64,000 bases of DNA from Hydrolagus affinis. Its lineage: Eukaryota. Below, one piece after another: positions 1 to 11,965 of this stretch. The notes beneath the pieces were generated by a model, which ran no database searches, had not been told where the DNA came from, and saw only the letters and a list, made by a program, of their open reading frames with translations. The stretch is from the NCBI GenBank assembly GCA_012026655.1, contig JAAILG010000296.1, positions 1 through 64,000 on the forward strand, read 5' to 3'. Every line of letters begins with the position of its first letter. The stretch's first letter is position 1. The position numbers were made by a program, and so were the translations under genes.

Positions 1-183
1 AACATTTTCAAGGCTGAGACTGATAGATTTTTGAAAAATAGAGGGATCAGGGGATATGGGGATAGGGCAGGTAATCAAAGTTAGGTGAGAAGATCAGCCA
101 TGATCTTATTGAATGGCAGAGCAGGCTCGAAGGGCCAAATGGCCCACTCCTGCTCCTAATTCTTATGTTCTTATGTTCTTATC
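1..183 (+). mobile_element. CR1-type LINE 3' tail
   Basis: GATCAGCCATGATCTTATTGAATGGCAGAGCAGGCTCGAAGGGCCAAATGGCC ending in (TCTTATGT)n; related copies at about 4245-4385, 43680-43820 (+) and 14999-15240, 18305-18410 (-). Confidence 0.8.
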
Positions 184-1120
184 TTTATAACCCCACATAT
201 TTTCCCCCAAACTAAAATGCGTTCAGTCACATTTTGATGACCTTAGTTACTAGTATCCGCCCCAATAGTACACACTTTCCAGTTTGAAAATACCATCTGC
301 TCTCCGAATGAGCTTCCATACAACCAGATCCCAAATTTATTAAGTGTGATTATAACAAAGATCATGCCTTAATCTGCTGTTTGTCATCAAATACAGTGAC
401 TAACTTACCCCAAAAATGTCATTTGTAAAGGTTTGTTCAGCTCAAGTTTAATTTTGTGAGATACAATTACATTTATCAAATGCAGTTTTAGTTATTGTTA
501 ATTTAGTAATGTAATTGAAGTGCCAAAAATTGGGTCATTATGACTCACTCCAGTACTGGCTCAACAGTAAACTTCCTCATTAGATAATCATTTTAATGGG
601 CTGATGTGTTCATTGTTTGATAAATGTGTATGAGACTTGTAATTTTTACACAAAAGGAAATCTTCAGAATTGGCACCTCTTCATTCCTGAGGTGGTGTTC
701 TGAGAATGTTCGGTTTAATTGTCATTATTGTTATACGAAAGTTTCAAATTTACTGCAATTCCCCAAATGTCTCACTTATGTCTTAAAATGAGTGTTATTT
801 TTGAATGCTAAATTACCATTTTATTCAGTTTGAAAGTTCTTTGAATTCATGGAAAATATGTTCCAATGTTTCAGATATTGAAACCTTCAAAGCATAGCTC
901 CCTGGCTGGGCAGTAAATGAAGATCAAATGTTAACTACACTGACCAAAATTTAATTGTAGCTACACAATTGTGCACTACTGGGTGTAAATTTTACAATGG
1001 AGTAGTTCATTATTTATTCAGTAAACCTGCCATGTTTTCATTTCAAATGTGAACTAACAGTTCTGTACTTCCAGTCATCAAGCCTGTACCTAATTGAGTG
1101 ATAACTCTATTTGCTTATAG

Positions 1121-1287
1121 ATGGGCAGTTTCAAACCGTGAGATGTTGATGGCTCAAAACAGCTCCCTGGAGTTCAAGCTTCACAGATTGTATTTTATTA
1201 GCTTGTTAATGGGGGGTAGAGAAAACCAGAGGGAAGCACTACAGTATGCCAAGAACTTCCAGCCATTTGCTTTACATCACCAGAAAG
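1121..1287 (+). CDS. RMND5A: RMND5A (GID2/CTLH E3 ligase subunit) internal coding exon, [25 protein letters not shown]...HHQK
   Basis: AG at 1119-1120, GT at 1288-1289; 167 bp; near-identical to vertebrate RMND5A (A-type WAVSNREML, not B-type); upstream exons are outside the window. Confidence 0.97.
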
Positions 1288-2296
1288 GTAAGAGCTTGTT
1301 CTAAATAATAATATAATAATCCTTGTATTTGACGTGGTGCCTTAGCACATCATTGTCTTCACAGAGTATACAGTAAAGTGAATTAACTTTATTTTGTGGG
1401 CGAAACAGTGGTCTTGTAATATGGTAGTTTGGAGCCACAAATTCCCAACCTGCCTTATAATGAGGTGTGCAGCTAGCAAGATCCTAGATGTCGGCTACTT
1501 TTAGCATTAGAATTGACTGAAGTGCAGCAGCCAGCTACATGCATATGCACTGAATGGGATCTACATGTCATTCACATTGTAAACAACTCGGGCTGTGGCA
1601 AGGAGTTTCCTGATGGTATTGCCCACAGACATTAATATGTATACAGTACTTTAGACAGTATAATTTATATACCTCTTTTCATATTGGGAGGACATTTCAA
1701 AGCATTCGACACTGCTGGCTGAGCAACCTGCTGCTGGTTCCTATAGCTGTAGTCAAAAAGCTGCGTTTTATCACTTTTAATAGATTATCGTTAATGAATG
1801 AATGTATTTTATAATGGATCAGCGTGCATCATTAAATGTCGAGGGTTCCTTTTACACTATTGTTTTACCCTCCCCCACAAAAAAGAATCAGTCAATCCAT
1901 TACTTTTGTAAGATGTGTGCAATTGGTTTGGTGTTTCGCCCACAAAATACATAGTCAAATCCACTTTACAGAACGGTCTGTATTCTGCGAAGTACTTTTA
2001 GACATTTCAATGACATGTTAAGGCAGTATATCAAATGCAAGTATTGTTATTACTTATGTAAAGGATTTAATGACCCAGTTACTGCACATTTACATCTGTC
2101 ACTATTGAAGAAAAGTGTTTTAACATGCAAATGTGTTCGAATGTCCAGTTAGATTATTATTAGAATGCTTTAGGGCTGAGAGGAAAACAAAATCCAATAA
2201 AAAGTACATTATAAGTTCACATAGAAATAGTTTGAAAAACATTTACAGCTTCAAGTTTCAGTGAAAAAAATATTTTGTGTTTGTTTGATTCAACAG

Positions 2297-2462
2297 ACAT
2301 CCAGGTGCTGATGGGAAGCCTAGTTTACCTAAGGCAGGGAATAGCAAACTCACCATATGTGCACCTTCTGGATTCTAACCAGTGGGCTGATATTTGTGAT
2401 ATCTTCACCAGGGATGCCTGCTCACTTCTTGGACTCTCAGTGGAATCGCCTCTTAGTGTCAG
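2297..2462 (+). CDS. RMND5A: RMND5A coding exon, [15 protein letters not shown]...SVESPLSVS
   Basis: AG 2295-2296, GT 2463-2464; 166 bp; frame continuous with flanking exons. Confidence 0.97.
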
Positions 2463-2795
2463 GTATGAATATCTGTTTATAATCAGCAAGCTGCAATTAA
2501 GAGGAAGCTAGATATACATGGGGGAGAAGGGTATGGGATGGAGTAAGCAGTAGGTGGAGACTGGACTGACTAGATGGACCAAATGGCCTGTTTCTACACT
2601 ACATTCTATGTAAATCTATGTAAACACCATTGAAGCTGATTATAATATAAGCCCATTAGAAGGGTTTCACAAAAGATTTGGAGACTCCTGTTATAACCTC
2701 CTATCTGACTCTGTTTGGATGAAAATTGTTGTTTACAGTATGGAAACGTATGAATAAATCCTAGTGTTATTAAATTACTATATCATTTCATTTAG

Positions 2796-2898
2796 TTTCT
2801 CAGCAGGATGTATTGCACTGCCAGCTCTCATTAACATCAAGGCAGTCATTGAGCAGCGACAGTGCACTGGAGTATGGAATCAGAAAGATGAATTGCCA
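2796..2898 (+). CDS. RMND5A: RMND5A coding exon, [34 protein letters not shown]
   Basis: AG 2794-2795, GTAAGT at 2899; 103 bp; missed by the ORF track, translated by hand. Confidence 0.97.
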
Positions 2899-2939
2899 GT
2901 AAGTACATATTGCCAAAGTTGTATTTAAATTATACTCAA

Positions 2940-3936
2940 ACGTACGGCCCACACCAATGATGGACGAGCCTTCAGCCTTTCTACCCACATCCTCTGGAAC
3001 TCCACAGTACCCTTCACTTTGTTCCCTACTTTGCTTCCTTCATAGCCCGTCTCCAGATCCTCCTCTTCAACCGCGCCGCCAGTCACACTCCTACCTGCCT
3101 GCCCTGCACCCCTCTTGATCCCAACCCCCAGATTGGATCCAAATTCTTCACAATACAGCACTTTTAGCAACAAGACGGAGGCCCTCCTGATTGGCTCCGC
3201 ACCTCAGGCGTTGACAACATCAGCGTTCAGGGCTGCTTTCTCCACCTCTCGAAGCCACAATCAGGAATCTGGGCTTCTTGTTCGATCCCAAACTATCCTT
3301 CCTCCCCCACATCTGCTCCATGACCGGCACTACCTCACCCCCCACACCACCAAAACTCTCATCCACGCCTTTATCACTTCCAGGCTCGACTACGGGAACT
3401 CTCTCCTCGTCGGCCTTCCTAGCTCCTCCCTTCACAGGCTGCAGATCATTCAGAACTCTGCAGCTCATGTACTCTCCTGTACCAGGCTTTGCGATCACAT
3501 CACTCCCACCCTCGTCCGTCTCCACTGGCTCCCTATCCCCCAGAGGATCGAATTCAAGATCCTCATCCTCACTTTCAAGGCCCCTGCCTATCTCTCTGAC
3601 CTACTGTTCCCTATCAGCCTCCCCCACCCTCCGTTCAGCAGACTCAGGCCTGCTCTGCATCCACCACCCAACCATCGGTGGCCGGGCTTTCATCCTCTCT
3701 GCTCCCACACTATGGAACTCCAGCCCCTCCGCCTTGCTTCCTCCCTTTCCTCTTTCAAGGCGGTCTCAAGACCTTCCTCTTCGACCGCGCCTTTGGCTCC
3801 CCCTCTAACTCTTCCCCCTCTCCCACTCTCCCTCCCCCTACCCCAACTCTCTCCCCCCCCCGCCCCGGGTCAGGTCGTACTTTGGGACGTCCTCCCAACG
3901 TGAAAGGCACTGTATAAGTTCAATTTTGTTGTTGCT
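2940..3936 (+). mobile_element. L2-clade LINE, 5'-truncated ORF2 C-terminus plus 3' tail
   Basis: ORF 3115-3903 contains IHAFITSRLDYGNSLL...LQIIQNSAAHVL...HITPTLVRLHWLPIPQRIEFKIL; ends GTGAAAGGCACTGTATAAG...(TTG)n. Confidence 0.9.
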
Positions 3937-4983
3937 GTTTGGATGTGCTTCCGATATGAAAGGTGCAACTTGCTGTTGTAAACATTGAAGCTAGATTGAA
4001 TATTTTATGTAAATTCAAATCCTAGAATTGGCAGCCAGGACCAGGACTGATGGTGATTCTTGGTTACATCAGTGATAGTCATCCATGACCGATTTGCTGG
4101 CTATTCCATTCAAGAAGGTTGTTTCAAATTGGCAAGCAACAACAAGGTCGTTCCTCACACAATCTGTTAGAGGGCTCTGGATCACATTCAATCCTGATAG
4201 CCTAACACTGCCAGTGAACTCAGTCCTGGTAGAATAAAAGTATGTATATCTAGGGATATGGGAAGAAAGCAGGAAATTGGAATTGAAAGGATTGGTAGAG
4301 GTACAGATCAGTCGTGATCTAACTAATTAAATGGTGGAAAAGGCTCGAAGGGCTGAATAGCTTACTCCTGTTCCTATGTTACTAAGCAGTATGGTAAAAA
4401 GGCAGTGATTCAGTACTGAAAGGTCACGCATAATCTAAAAATCAGGCAGAGCAATCTTAATGGATTAAATGGCCTTCCTACAGTGAATGTGTTTAGGTTG
4501 TCACACGCGAAGTCTTGAGGAGGAGGGGTCAATCGTCGAAAACTGCCACTAATTCTGCATCACTTTGCCACACCAATGATGATCCTTCTCAGAGATCATT
4601 AGCATGGCTGATGAAGTGGATAGAATTCAGACCATGCAGTAAATATTTGAGGTTGGGACATAGTACAAGGAGCTTTCCCCCTTAGCAGGTTATAATGTAC
4701 CTGGGGTTTAAGTGTTTAATAGTGTTGTTTGACATCTGAAATTGGAGCATTCCCTGCCCAGTCATCGCTTTCCTTGACGTTTGTATAAATTCATTAGAAA
4801 AATATTGCGCTATATCAGTGCAAAGATTGAGTTTTTCCTAGTTTATTAAGACAAAATTTTAATTTTTTTTTTTTTTCAAAAAGCATAGTTCATCTCAGGT
4901 ATCAAACTGTTTACATCTGCATTCTAACCACCATTGATTTTTGGTACAATGTGACTTATTTTTTGTGTGCAATTTTATTTTAG

Positions 4984-5138
4984 ATTGAAGTAGACCTCGG
5001 TAAAAAATGCTGGTACCATTCAATATTTGCTTGTCCAATCCTCCGGCAACAGACCACAGAATCCAATCCACCTATGAAGCTAGTCTGTGGGCACATAATC
5101 TCACGAGATGCTCTGAACAAAATGATTAATGGAAGCAA
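4984..5138 (+). CDS. RMND5A: RMND5A coding exon, start of degenerate RING ([23 protein letters not shown]...[18 protein letters not shown])
   Basis: AG 4982-4983, GTAAGT at 5139; 155 bp; ends in phase 2. Confidence 0.97.
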
Positions 5139-5759
5139 GTAAGTCCTATCATAAAATGCTGCCAACCAGCCAAAACATATTGTTACGAGGTCAGATCCTC
5201 TTTATGAGCATTTGATTATTACATTACAAATTTCTACCAATCATATAAAGACTTCTGTAAGTGTGATATTTATATATGCTAGTGAAGGTTGGTGTTTTAT
5301 TGTGAACTCTGTGAATGACTGGACAATCTAGGACTTTTCAGCCTTGGAAAAGAAATCTCTTAAAAGAGTACCTTGTAAAGGTGTATCAAATATTAAATGA
5401 ATGAGTGAGAGAAAGTGAACCCTGATATTGTTAGGATATCTTCAACTAGGACAAGTTCAGGTTCAGAATTATGATGGACAGAATTTATACAGAGGATAAT
5501 TCATTTTCTGGAAAATCTGACTGGAGAATGTGGCTGCCGCTGGGACACTGATCTCTTGTTTTTTTTCAAAAAACAACTTGAGACAGTATGAGAAGATTGT
5601 GGATATTCTGGAAGGCTGGGATTTCTTGCGATTTTTTTTCATACAAATTTACATAAGTAATGCGAATTGTCTGCCAGTATCACTAGAGTGATAGCATTCC
5701 AGTCGAGGTATGTCAGAATATAAGCAAAATAGAATATTCTCTAAATGATGAGAAACTAA

Positions 5760-6150
5760 CAGCTTTCCTGTGGAGAGGATAACGGATTTGATTGTCTACA
5801 TACACAAATTACTAAAAAAAACAAGCTCACAGGTACAAAAGGTTGTCAAACAGGCAAATAGAATATCGGCATTTATCTCAAGGGGGCTGGAATATAAAAG
5901 AGAGGAAATGATGATTCAACTATATTTTTATAGAGCCTTAGTCAGGCCCCACCTGGAGTACTACATAAATTTGGTCTGTGTTTCCTTGAGTTTAGAAGGA
6001 TGAGAAGTAATCTAACTTGATGGTTTTTCACCCAAAGAGTAGTAGAAATCTGGAATTCTCTCCCTCAAAAGGCTGTGAATGTTGGATCTATTCACATTTT
6101 TGAGACTGAGGTGGATAGATATTTGTTAGGTTATGGTATCAAGGGATATG
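5760..6150 (+). mobile_element. CR1 LINE ORF2 (RT C-terminal) fragment, degenerate
   Basis: QANRISAFISRGLEYK...LYFYRALVRPHLEY motif in ORF 5770-6003, followed by CR1 3' sequence. Confidence 0.85.
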
Positions 6151-7051
6151 GTCAGGATATAATTTTGTTATTTTATTTCTTGGCAAGGCCATTTTATGAC
6201 TCGTTCCCACTGTTCTTCACTGAGATCAACTACGAGTTTCAGGCAGTACACTAATTTATGCTCGTCTCTACAGCTCTAGATTAATTTACTTGCATGTGGT
6301 GGTTAAACAAATAAAGAAACCTCATTCTTTGAATGTTCAAAGTTTACATGCTAATCCTCTTCTACCTTTTTGTGGTCTGACATAGTGCGAGCACGGACCT
6401 TGCTATGTACAGTATTAGGCTGTTCATTGTGTCAATATCTGCTCTTTCATTTTTCAAAAGAATCTGGGTCTGTACCTGCAGCAAATGCAGAGAAGCCAAG
6501 TTCCTCTATGGAAAGTATGTTTTCCCCTCCATTTGATGATGATCTGTTCAGTTGTAGGGAGCAACTGAACTACAGTTAGCACATTCTACATCAACTAATA
6601 TAACCTTCATAATTTCTGTATTTAAAGTTCATATTTGATAGCCTATAATGTTACCCGTTTCTTGTTTCAAATATTATCGTTATAAAGTGCTGTTGCTGTG
6701 AAATTTGACTTGTCAACCAATGTGTTGGGGTAAAAACACCATTAATGTACCAAAACATATTCCATCAAAATACTCAGTAAGTGTTTGTATTAATAATAAT
6801 TTATTATTTAGAATGTCAATGATAAAATAATAATTCACAACATTTCGAGTTGACACTGCGTTTTACCCACAAAATATAGTTAATTCACTTTATAATATCC
6901 TGTGAAGCGCTTTGAGACACTCAACTGTGTGATAAGGTGCTATATCAATGCCAGGATTATTATTATTATTATTATTATTATTAGAATTGTACTGTATATT
7001 TCTGCCAGATTGTTTTCTCTAATGAGAATCTCACATGTGCTCAATTCCTAG

Positions 7052-7115
7052 GTTAAAATGCCCGTATTGTCCGATGGAGCAGGCACCAGGGGATGCAAAG
7101 CAGATCTTCTTCTGA
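7052..7115 (+). CDS. RMND5A: RMND5A last coding exon, KLKCPYCPMEQAPGDAKQIFF*
   Basis: AG 7050-7051, TGA 7113-7115; matches the conserved RMND5A C-terminus. Confidence 0.97.
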
Positions 7116-8180
7116 AGAGCATTAGAGAATTGTGTATATTGTAACACTGGTTTGGGAAGTGCTGAACATTTTGTTGTCCTGTTGGATTAATGCTTATTAA
7201 GTTTCAGAGAGGTGTGTACACGCCAATGTATATTTGAGACGGACAGAGGAGGAAAACTACTGGATATATATTAGTTATAATAGGGCTTTTGAATAGTCTT
7301 GGACTTGGTATCTGATCAAGTGAATACACCAGCACTCACCATTTCATGCAGTTATTTTATATCGAACAATATACAGTGCATTTTTTTTAACTTAATGGAT
7401 ATGTAATCACCCATGAAAAATGCATTTAATGATTCCTCCTATTATCATTGTCATTACATGGGTTATATTTGAGTTTTGCTTTTTTAAAAATAAATTATCA
7501 GTGTCACTTTCATCCTGAAAAACTGAATGTGTGAGTAGATGATAACTATTGGTGATGTTTGCATATCTTTTTATGTTGATTTGATTGAGGTAGCTTTGAT
7601 ATACTTTCATGTAATTTTTTTCCTGACAAATTTAACACAAAACTCAAAAAAGTTGAGTGTGCATATATTGGGCCCCAAGGGGCTAATTATTTAAATTTAC
7701 TGTAAATTTAAATAAGCTTTTTGCATAGCTAATAGAGCACAAAGTATTGGCATGGGGGGAAAAGATGCATGAAGGATAAGCTTGTATGAGTTTTTTTTTG
7801 CTTCAAATAGATAACTTAGTTAGCTGTATGATGCCACGTCCAATACATAACTAAAACACTGAAATATAAAACTGAAAAAAAACCTGATTAAACATTCTAT
7901 ACAAAATTTATTTTGTGTATTCCGTATTCTGCACCACTACCATCTTATATTTAATGACAGGCCAAGTTTGTGTATCAATGCAATTCCATTGGGATTTTCT
8001 TGACGTTTTAAAATATTTTTTTCTTGAATATATTTTATGAAGGAATTATTGTTGGTGTGCATTTTGGGAAGACAATCTTAAATGCTTTACCAGTATGTGG
8101 ATGGCTTACATTAAATTAAGAATATATACGTTTGATTTAAAGCGCCTAGTGTAGTTTTTCTTCTTTTTCACTGATTTATT
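7116..8180 (+). other. RMND5A: RMND5A 3'UTR (extent uncertain)
   Basis: Repeat-free AU-rich sequence after the stop; AATAAA 7489-7494, ATTAAA 7887-7892 and 8110-8115; L2 insertion begins at about 8183. Confidence 0.6.
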
Positions 8181-8182
8181 TC

Positions 8183-9080
8183 AACAACAAATTACACTTG
8201 TATAGAGGCTTTCACATCAGGATGACGTCCCAAAGTGCTGGATGGTCAGGGATTTATACCCGAGCAGTGGGTTAGGACCAGAACGAGTGGATAGGAGGGT
8301 AACCGTAAGCACGGTTACATCACGGAAGGTTATATTACGGAAGATTTTCAGGCAGGACTTGAAAAGGGTGGCTTGGTGGAGGAATTGAGGGAGAATGTTC
8401 CAGAGCTCAGGGCTTAGTGGCGACCTCCGATCGTGAGGCGGAGTGTGTGAGGTATGGTGCGAGTCGAGGTGGTGGTTTGGAGAGTGAGGAGGTCGGCGAA
8501 GTAGTGAGGTTCCATGGAGTGAGTGGATTTGAACACGAGTGAGAGGATCTTGAATTCGATCCGTTCGGTGATGAGCCAGTGGTGTCTGACCAGAACTGGT
8601 GAGATGGGGGAAACCGAGTTTGGTGCGGGTCAGTATATGGATAGCAAAATTCTGAATGAGCTGAATCTTTTGAATGGTAGAGCTGGGGAGACCAGTGAAA
8701 ATTGCATTGGAGTAATCCAAGTGGGAGGTGACAAACACGTGCGTTTCGGCTGCATTTGGGATAAGGTACAGTCGGAGGCGGGCAATGTGCAGGAGGTGCA
8801 CGAAGACTGGATGTGGGGCAGGAAGGACAGCTGGGGATTGAACCGGGTGCCTAGATTGCCTAGATTCTGAGGGAGAGCCCAGGGAGGTTGAGGCGTTCAG
8901 ATCCACAGGAATGAGGCGGCAAAGTAGATTTGTGTGTCATCTGCATACATGTGGAAGTTTAATCCATGTCTGCATGGCATTGCCCAAAGGTAGCATATAA
9001 ATAAGTAAAAGAAGAGTGCCAAGGAGGAGCCCTGGGGTACCCACAGGTGTCTGGGCAGGAGCGGGAGGAAAAACCATTAT
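8183..9080 (-). mobile_element. L2 LINE fragment
   Basis: ORF 8217-8906 has HVFVTSHLDYSNAIFTGLP...IQLIQNFA; RT GVPQG-like region near 9030; tail AACAACAAATTACACTTGTATAGAGGCTTTCAC. Confidence 0.85.
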
Positions 9081-11840
9081 AAGCTCGTGTCCCAAGTTCA
9101 CAATTTCTGTGCTTTTTGATCATTTTAATTGCATGTTTAGTTCTCTAGCTATAAAATATTCCAGCTGCAGATGTGTGGATGTAACCAAAGAATGGAAATA
9201 GAGTTGTGACAACATTTTATATTTTTCTTTCAATTTAAACAAAATGAATAGATTTCTAGGTGTTCTTTATTGGGTGCTTGATGCCAGAGCAAGGAGGTGA
9301 TGTTGAACTTTAGAAGACACTGGTTTGACCAGTTTGGAGTGTTGCAGACGAACTGCTGATTTTTGTCACCCACACCACTTTTAAACCAGAAGCTATTTCA
9401 AGAACAACATTTTTAAAAGGCAATGTTAAATCAATGAAATGAATTGGCTGCGGTATTTCACCACAAACTGTACCATACATTCTGTGAGAAGTCTCAAAGT
9501 TGTGATAAGGTGGTATATCAAATGCAAGGATTATTATTAAGATTGTTTATGCGCACGTTAATAAAATATTTAACCAGTGAATTTTCAAGCATGGGCCTGG
9601 TATCAGTGCAGCCACATAAGGATGCAGTAACACAAAGTCTCCAGAAGGGAGCAGAAATTACCAATGTAATTCTCTGAATCAGGGCAAGCCAGTGGTTACT
9701 GATGTAATTTGAACTTCAAACTTTTCTCTCAGCGCCAAATAAATAAAAAGACAATATTTTAATAAATAGTTTTGACATTAAAAAGTTGTATTTTACTCCC
9801 ATCTATTCAACCTGAGAATAATAAACACTAATACTTGCGTTTGATTTATCTTAACACATCATTGAGACGTCTCAAAGAGCTTCACAGAATATACTGTTAA
9901 GTGAATTGATTGCACATTTTGTGGGCGAAACATACACAGCATGCGGTACGATCTTAAACTTTTTAGACAAGATACAGTCTTAAGAATTTTGGGGCTCTAG
10001 TGAAGCCACACGGGACAAGAATGTTAGATAGCTGGCCAATTTATGTGTTCATCAATGAGATTTGGAACTTTCGGCCTCCGCAAAAGCCCCAATGGGAAGG
10101 GTAACCCTCGCTGGACAAGTATTGTGTTGAGTACTGCAGTACAATTTATTTGTTAAAACATAGAAGTCATGCTTATTTTGGATTAAACCTGCAACTTGTT
10201 TAGGATCGTCATTGTGAATAAGGTGACACAAATCCATATGTAAAAGTGGGCTTCAATCTACCTCACTCCCTTTGATGTTTGAATACTGTTTTTCCCTGTT
10301 CTTGATAATTTGGTAATTGTTGAATCCATGGTGCATGGAACCAACTTTACGTTCCACTGCATTTTCAGGAGCAGAGATAAACAACTTGGGACTTGCTGTG
10401 TGCTTTGTTCATGGAGAAAACTAAGTTTGCATAGCTGTGTTCTCGTCTAAACCACACTAACATTGTCTATGTGTCTGTGTCTTTCCCATGCAATGTTATC
10501 CTCTGCTTCTAACCACACTGGTAAAGAAACCTGTACCCACAAACCATGCTGTAGTAAAATTCTCTGCCAACTTTACTTATAGAGCAACACATGTTAGCAC
10601 TATACTGTAACAACACAGAATATGTGCTTTTCTACCTTCTGAGTCTAATGCTCAACTGTAAATCTTATTGTTTCTTCCAGCATCCTAGTCAACAGTCTTC
10701 CAGATAAAATTAATCATTCACTTCATTCCAGTTTGAGGGAGATGGCTGAGTGCAAAGTGGTAGCTGTGTTTGCTTACAAATAAACAGTCTTTATATATTA
10801 AAATAAAATCTTGTGAAGCACTTTTGAGCCTTTGACAACGTTATAAGGCACTATATCAAATGTAAGCATTATCAGATTGTTTAGAGGTGTTCCAGTGTTT
10901 CTCAGCTGTGCGCTGAAAACCTTATAAGTATTTCCTGTATAAAATCATACATTTCAGTAATAAACTGGAGACAGGAGAGCAATGAGTAGCAGAAGGGAGT
11001 TTACCTAGCAGTAAGTAAGAACCCAGTTGCTGGTCAATTAGCAGATAATGCTAATTGGTGGTAATTATCCCCCCCAAAAAGTGGTCACTTAATTCATGAC
11101 GATTTGTGGTAGACTGCTGTGAGCAATTGGCTGCCGCATTTCTCCCACAATATACAGTCAATTAATTTTACAGTATATCCTATGAAGTGCCTTGAAACGT
11201 CTCAATGACTTTATATCAAATGAAAGAATTATTATTCCTCGATTCCTATGATGCAGACAGAAGCATGGCGTGGGAAGATTGCAAACAGAAACACCATGGT
11301 ATTGTGGAGCCAGGGGGTGGGTGGTTCATGAATCTAAGAGTACTCGAGAGAAAATTAGTCGAAACAGGATTCAATAATTAGGAGAATGGATAGCCTCCTG
11401 CACATCCATCATCCCCTCTGCTCCACCGGTGGCAGCTGTGCCTTCAGCTACAACAACTCAAAAACATGGAACTCTGCCCTCAACCCCTTTGCCTGGCTCC
11501 CTCATTGCCCATCTCCAGATCACGCCTGAAGATCTTTGACAGTCAGTCACCTCTCTGACTTGATGAGAAGTTCCCATCACTGTTGTTCTGATACTATTCC
11601 ATGTGAAGGGTGATAAAATGAATACAGCAATATATTTCACGTTTAATGAATACACGTAAGTTTAATTATGTAACGAACACAGATTTCAGACATGAGTTAG
11701 GGTCAGGGTTGGGGAGGGTGGAGAATGTAGGTGGAGGGCGGGGAGTGGGGTGGGAGGACGGTGACCAAAGGCAATTCAAAGTGGAGGGTCTAGGGATGGG
11801 TCTCAAAGGAGGTGGATGTTGTTAGATAGGCATGACTTTG

Positions 11841-11965
11841 GATGAGATGTTAAACTGAGGTCCAGTCTGCCTGTTCAGGTCGATGTTAATGCCATGATCC
11901 CATGGCATTATTTGAAAAGAGAAGGGAATTTCTACCAGTGTCCTGGCCAAAATTCCCACCCCAAA
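11841..11965 (+). mobile_element. Older Deu-domain SINE (SacSINE1/AmnSINE1-like) core fragment
   Basis: GATGAGATGTTAAACTGAGGTCCAGTCTGCC...GATCCCATGGCATTATTTGAA...GTCCTGGCCAA; related copies at about 43030-43135 (+), 18590-18700, 52940-53000, 58010-58250 (-); family name from recalled consensus. Confidence 0.6.

Noticed and set aside
186-565. piggyBac-like DNA transposon end (GGGTCATTATGACTC...)
   Set aside because: Only one possible terminus is visible and there is no TTAA duplication; insufficient support
3115-3903. Longest ORF in the track (262 aa) as a host gene
   Set aside because: L2 ORF2 C-terminal fragment running into its 3' tail; the same applies to ORFs 8217-8906, 15979-16551, 16030-16386 and 16708-17124
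4576-4614. C/D snoRNA (ATGATGA...CTGA) or hammerhead core (CTGATGA)
   Set aside because: Boxes only about 36 nt apart with no terminal stem; no stem II plus GAAA for a hammerhead here or at CTGATGA near 42774 and 61313
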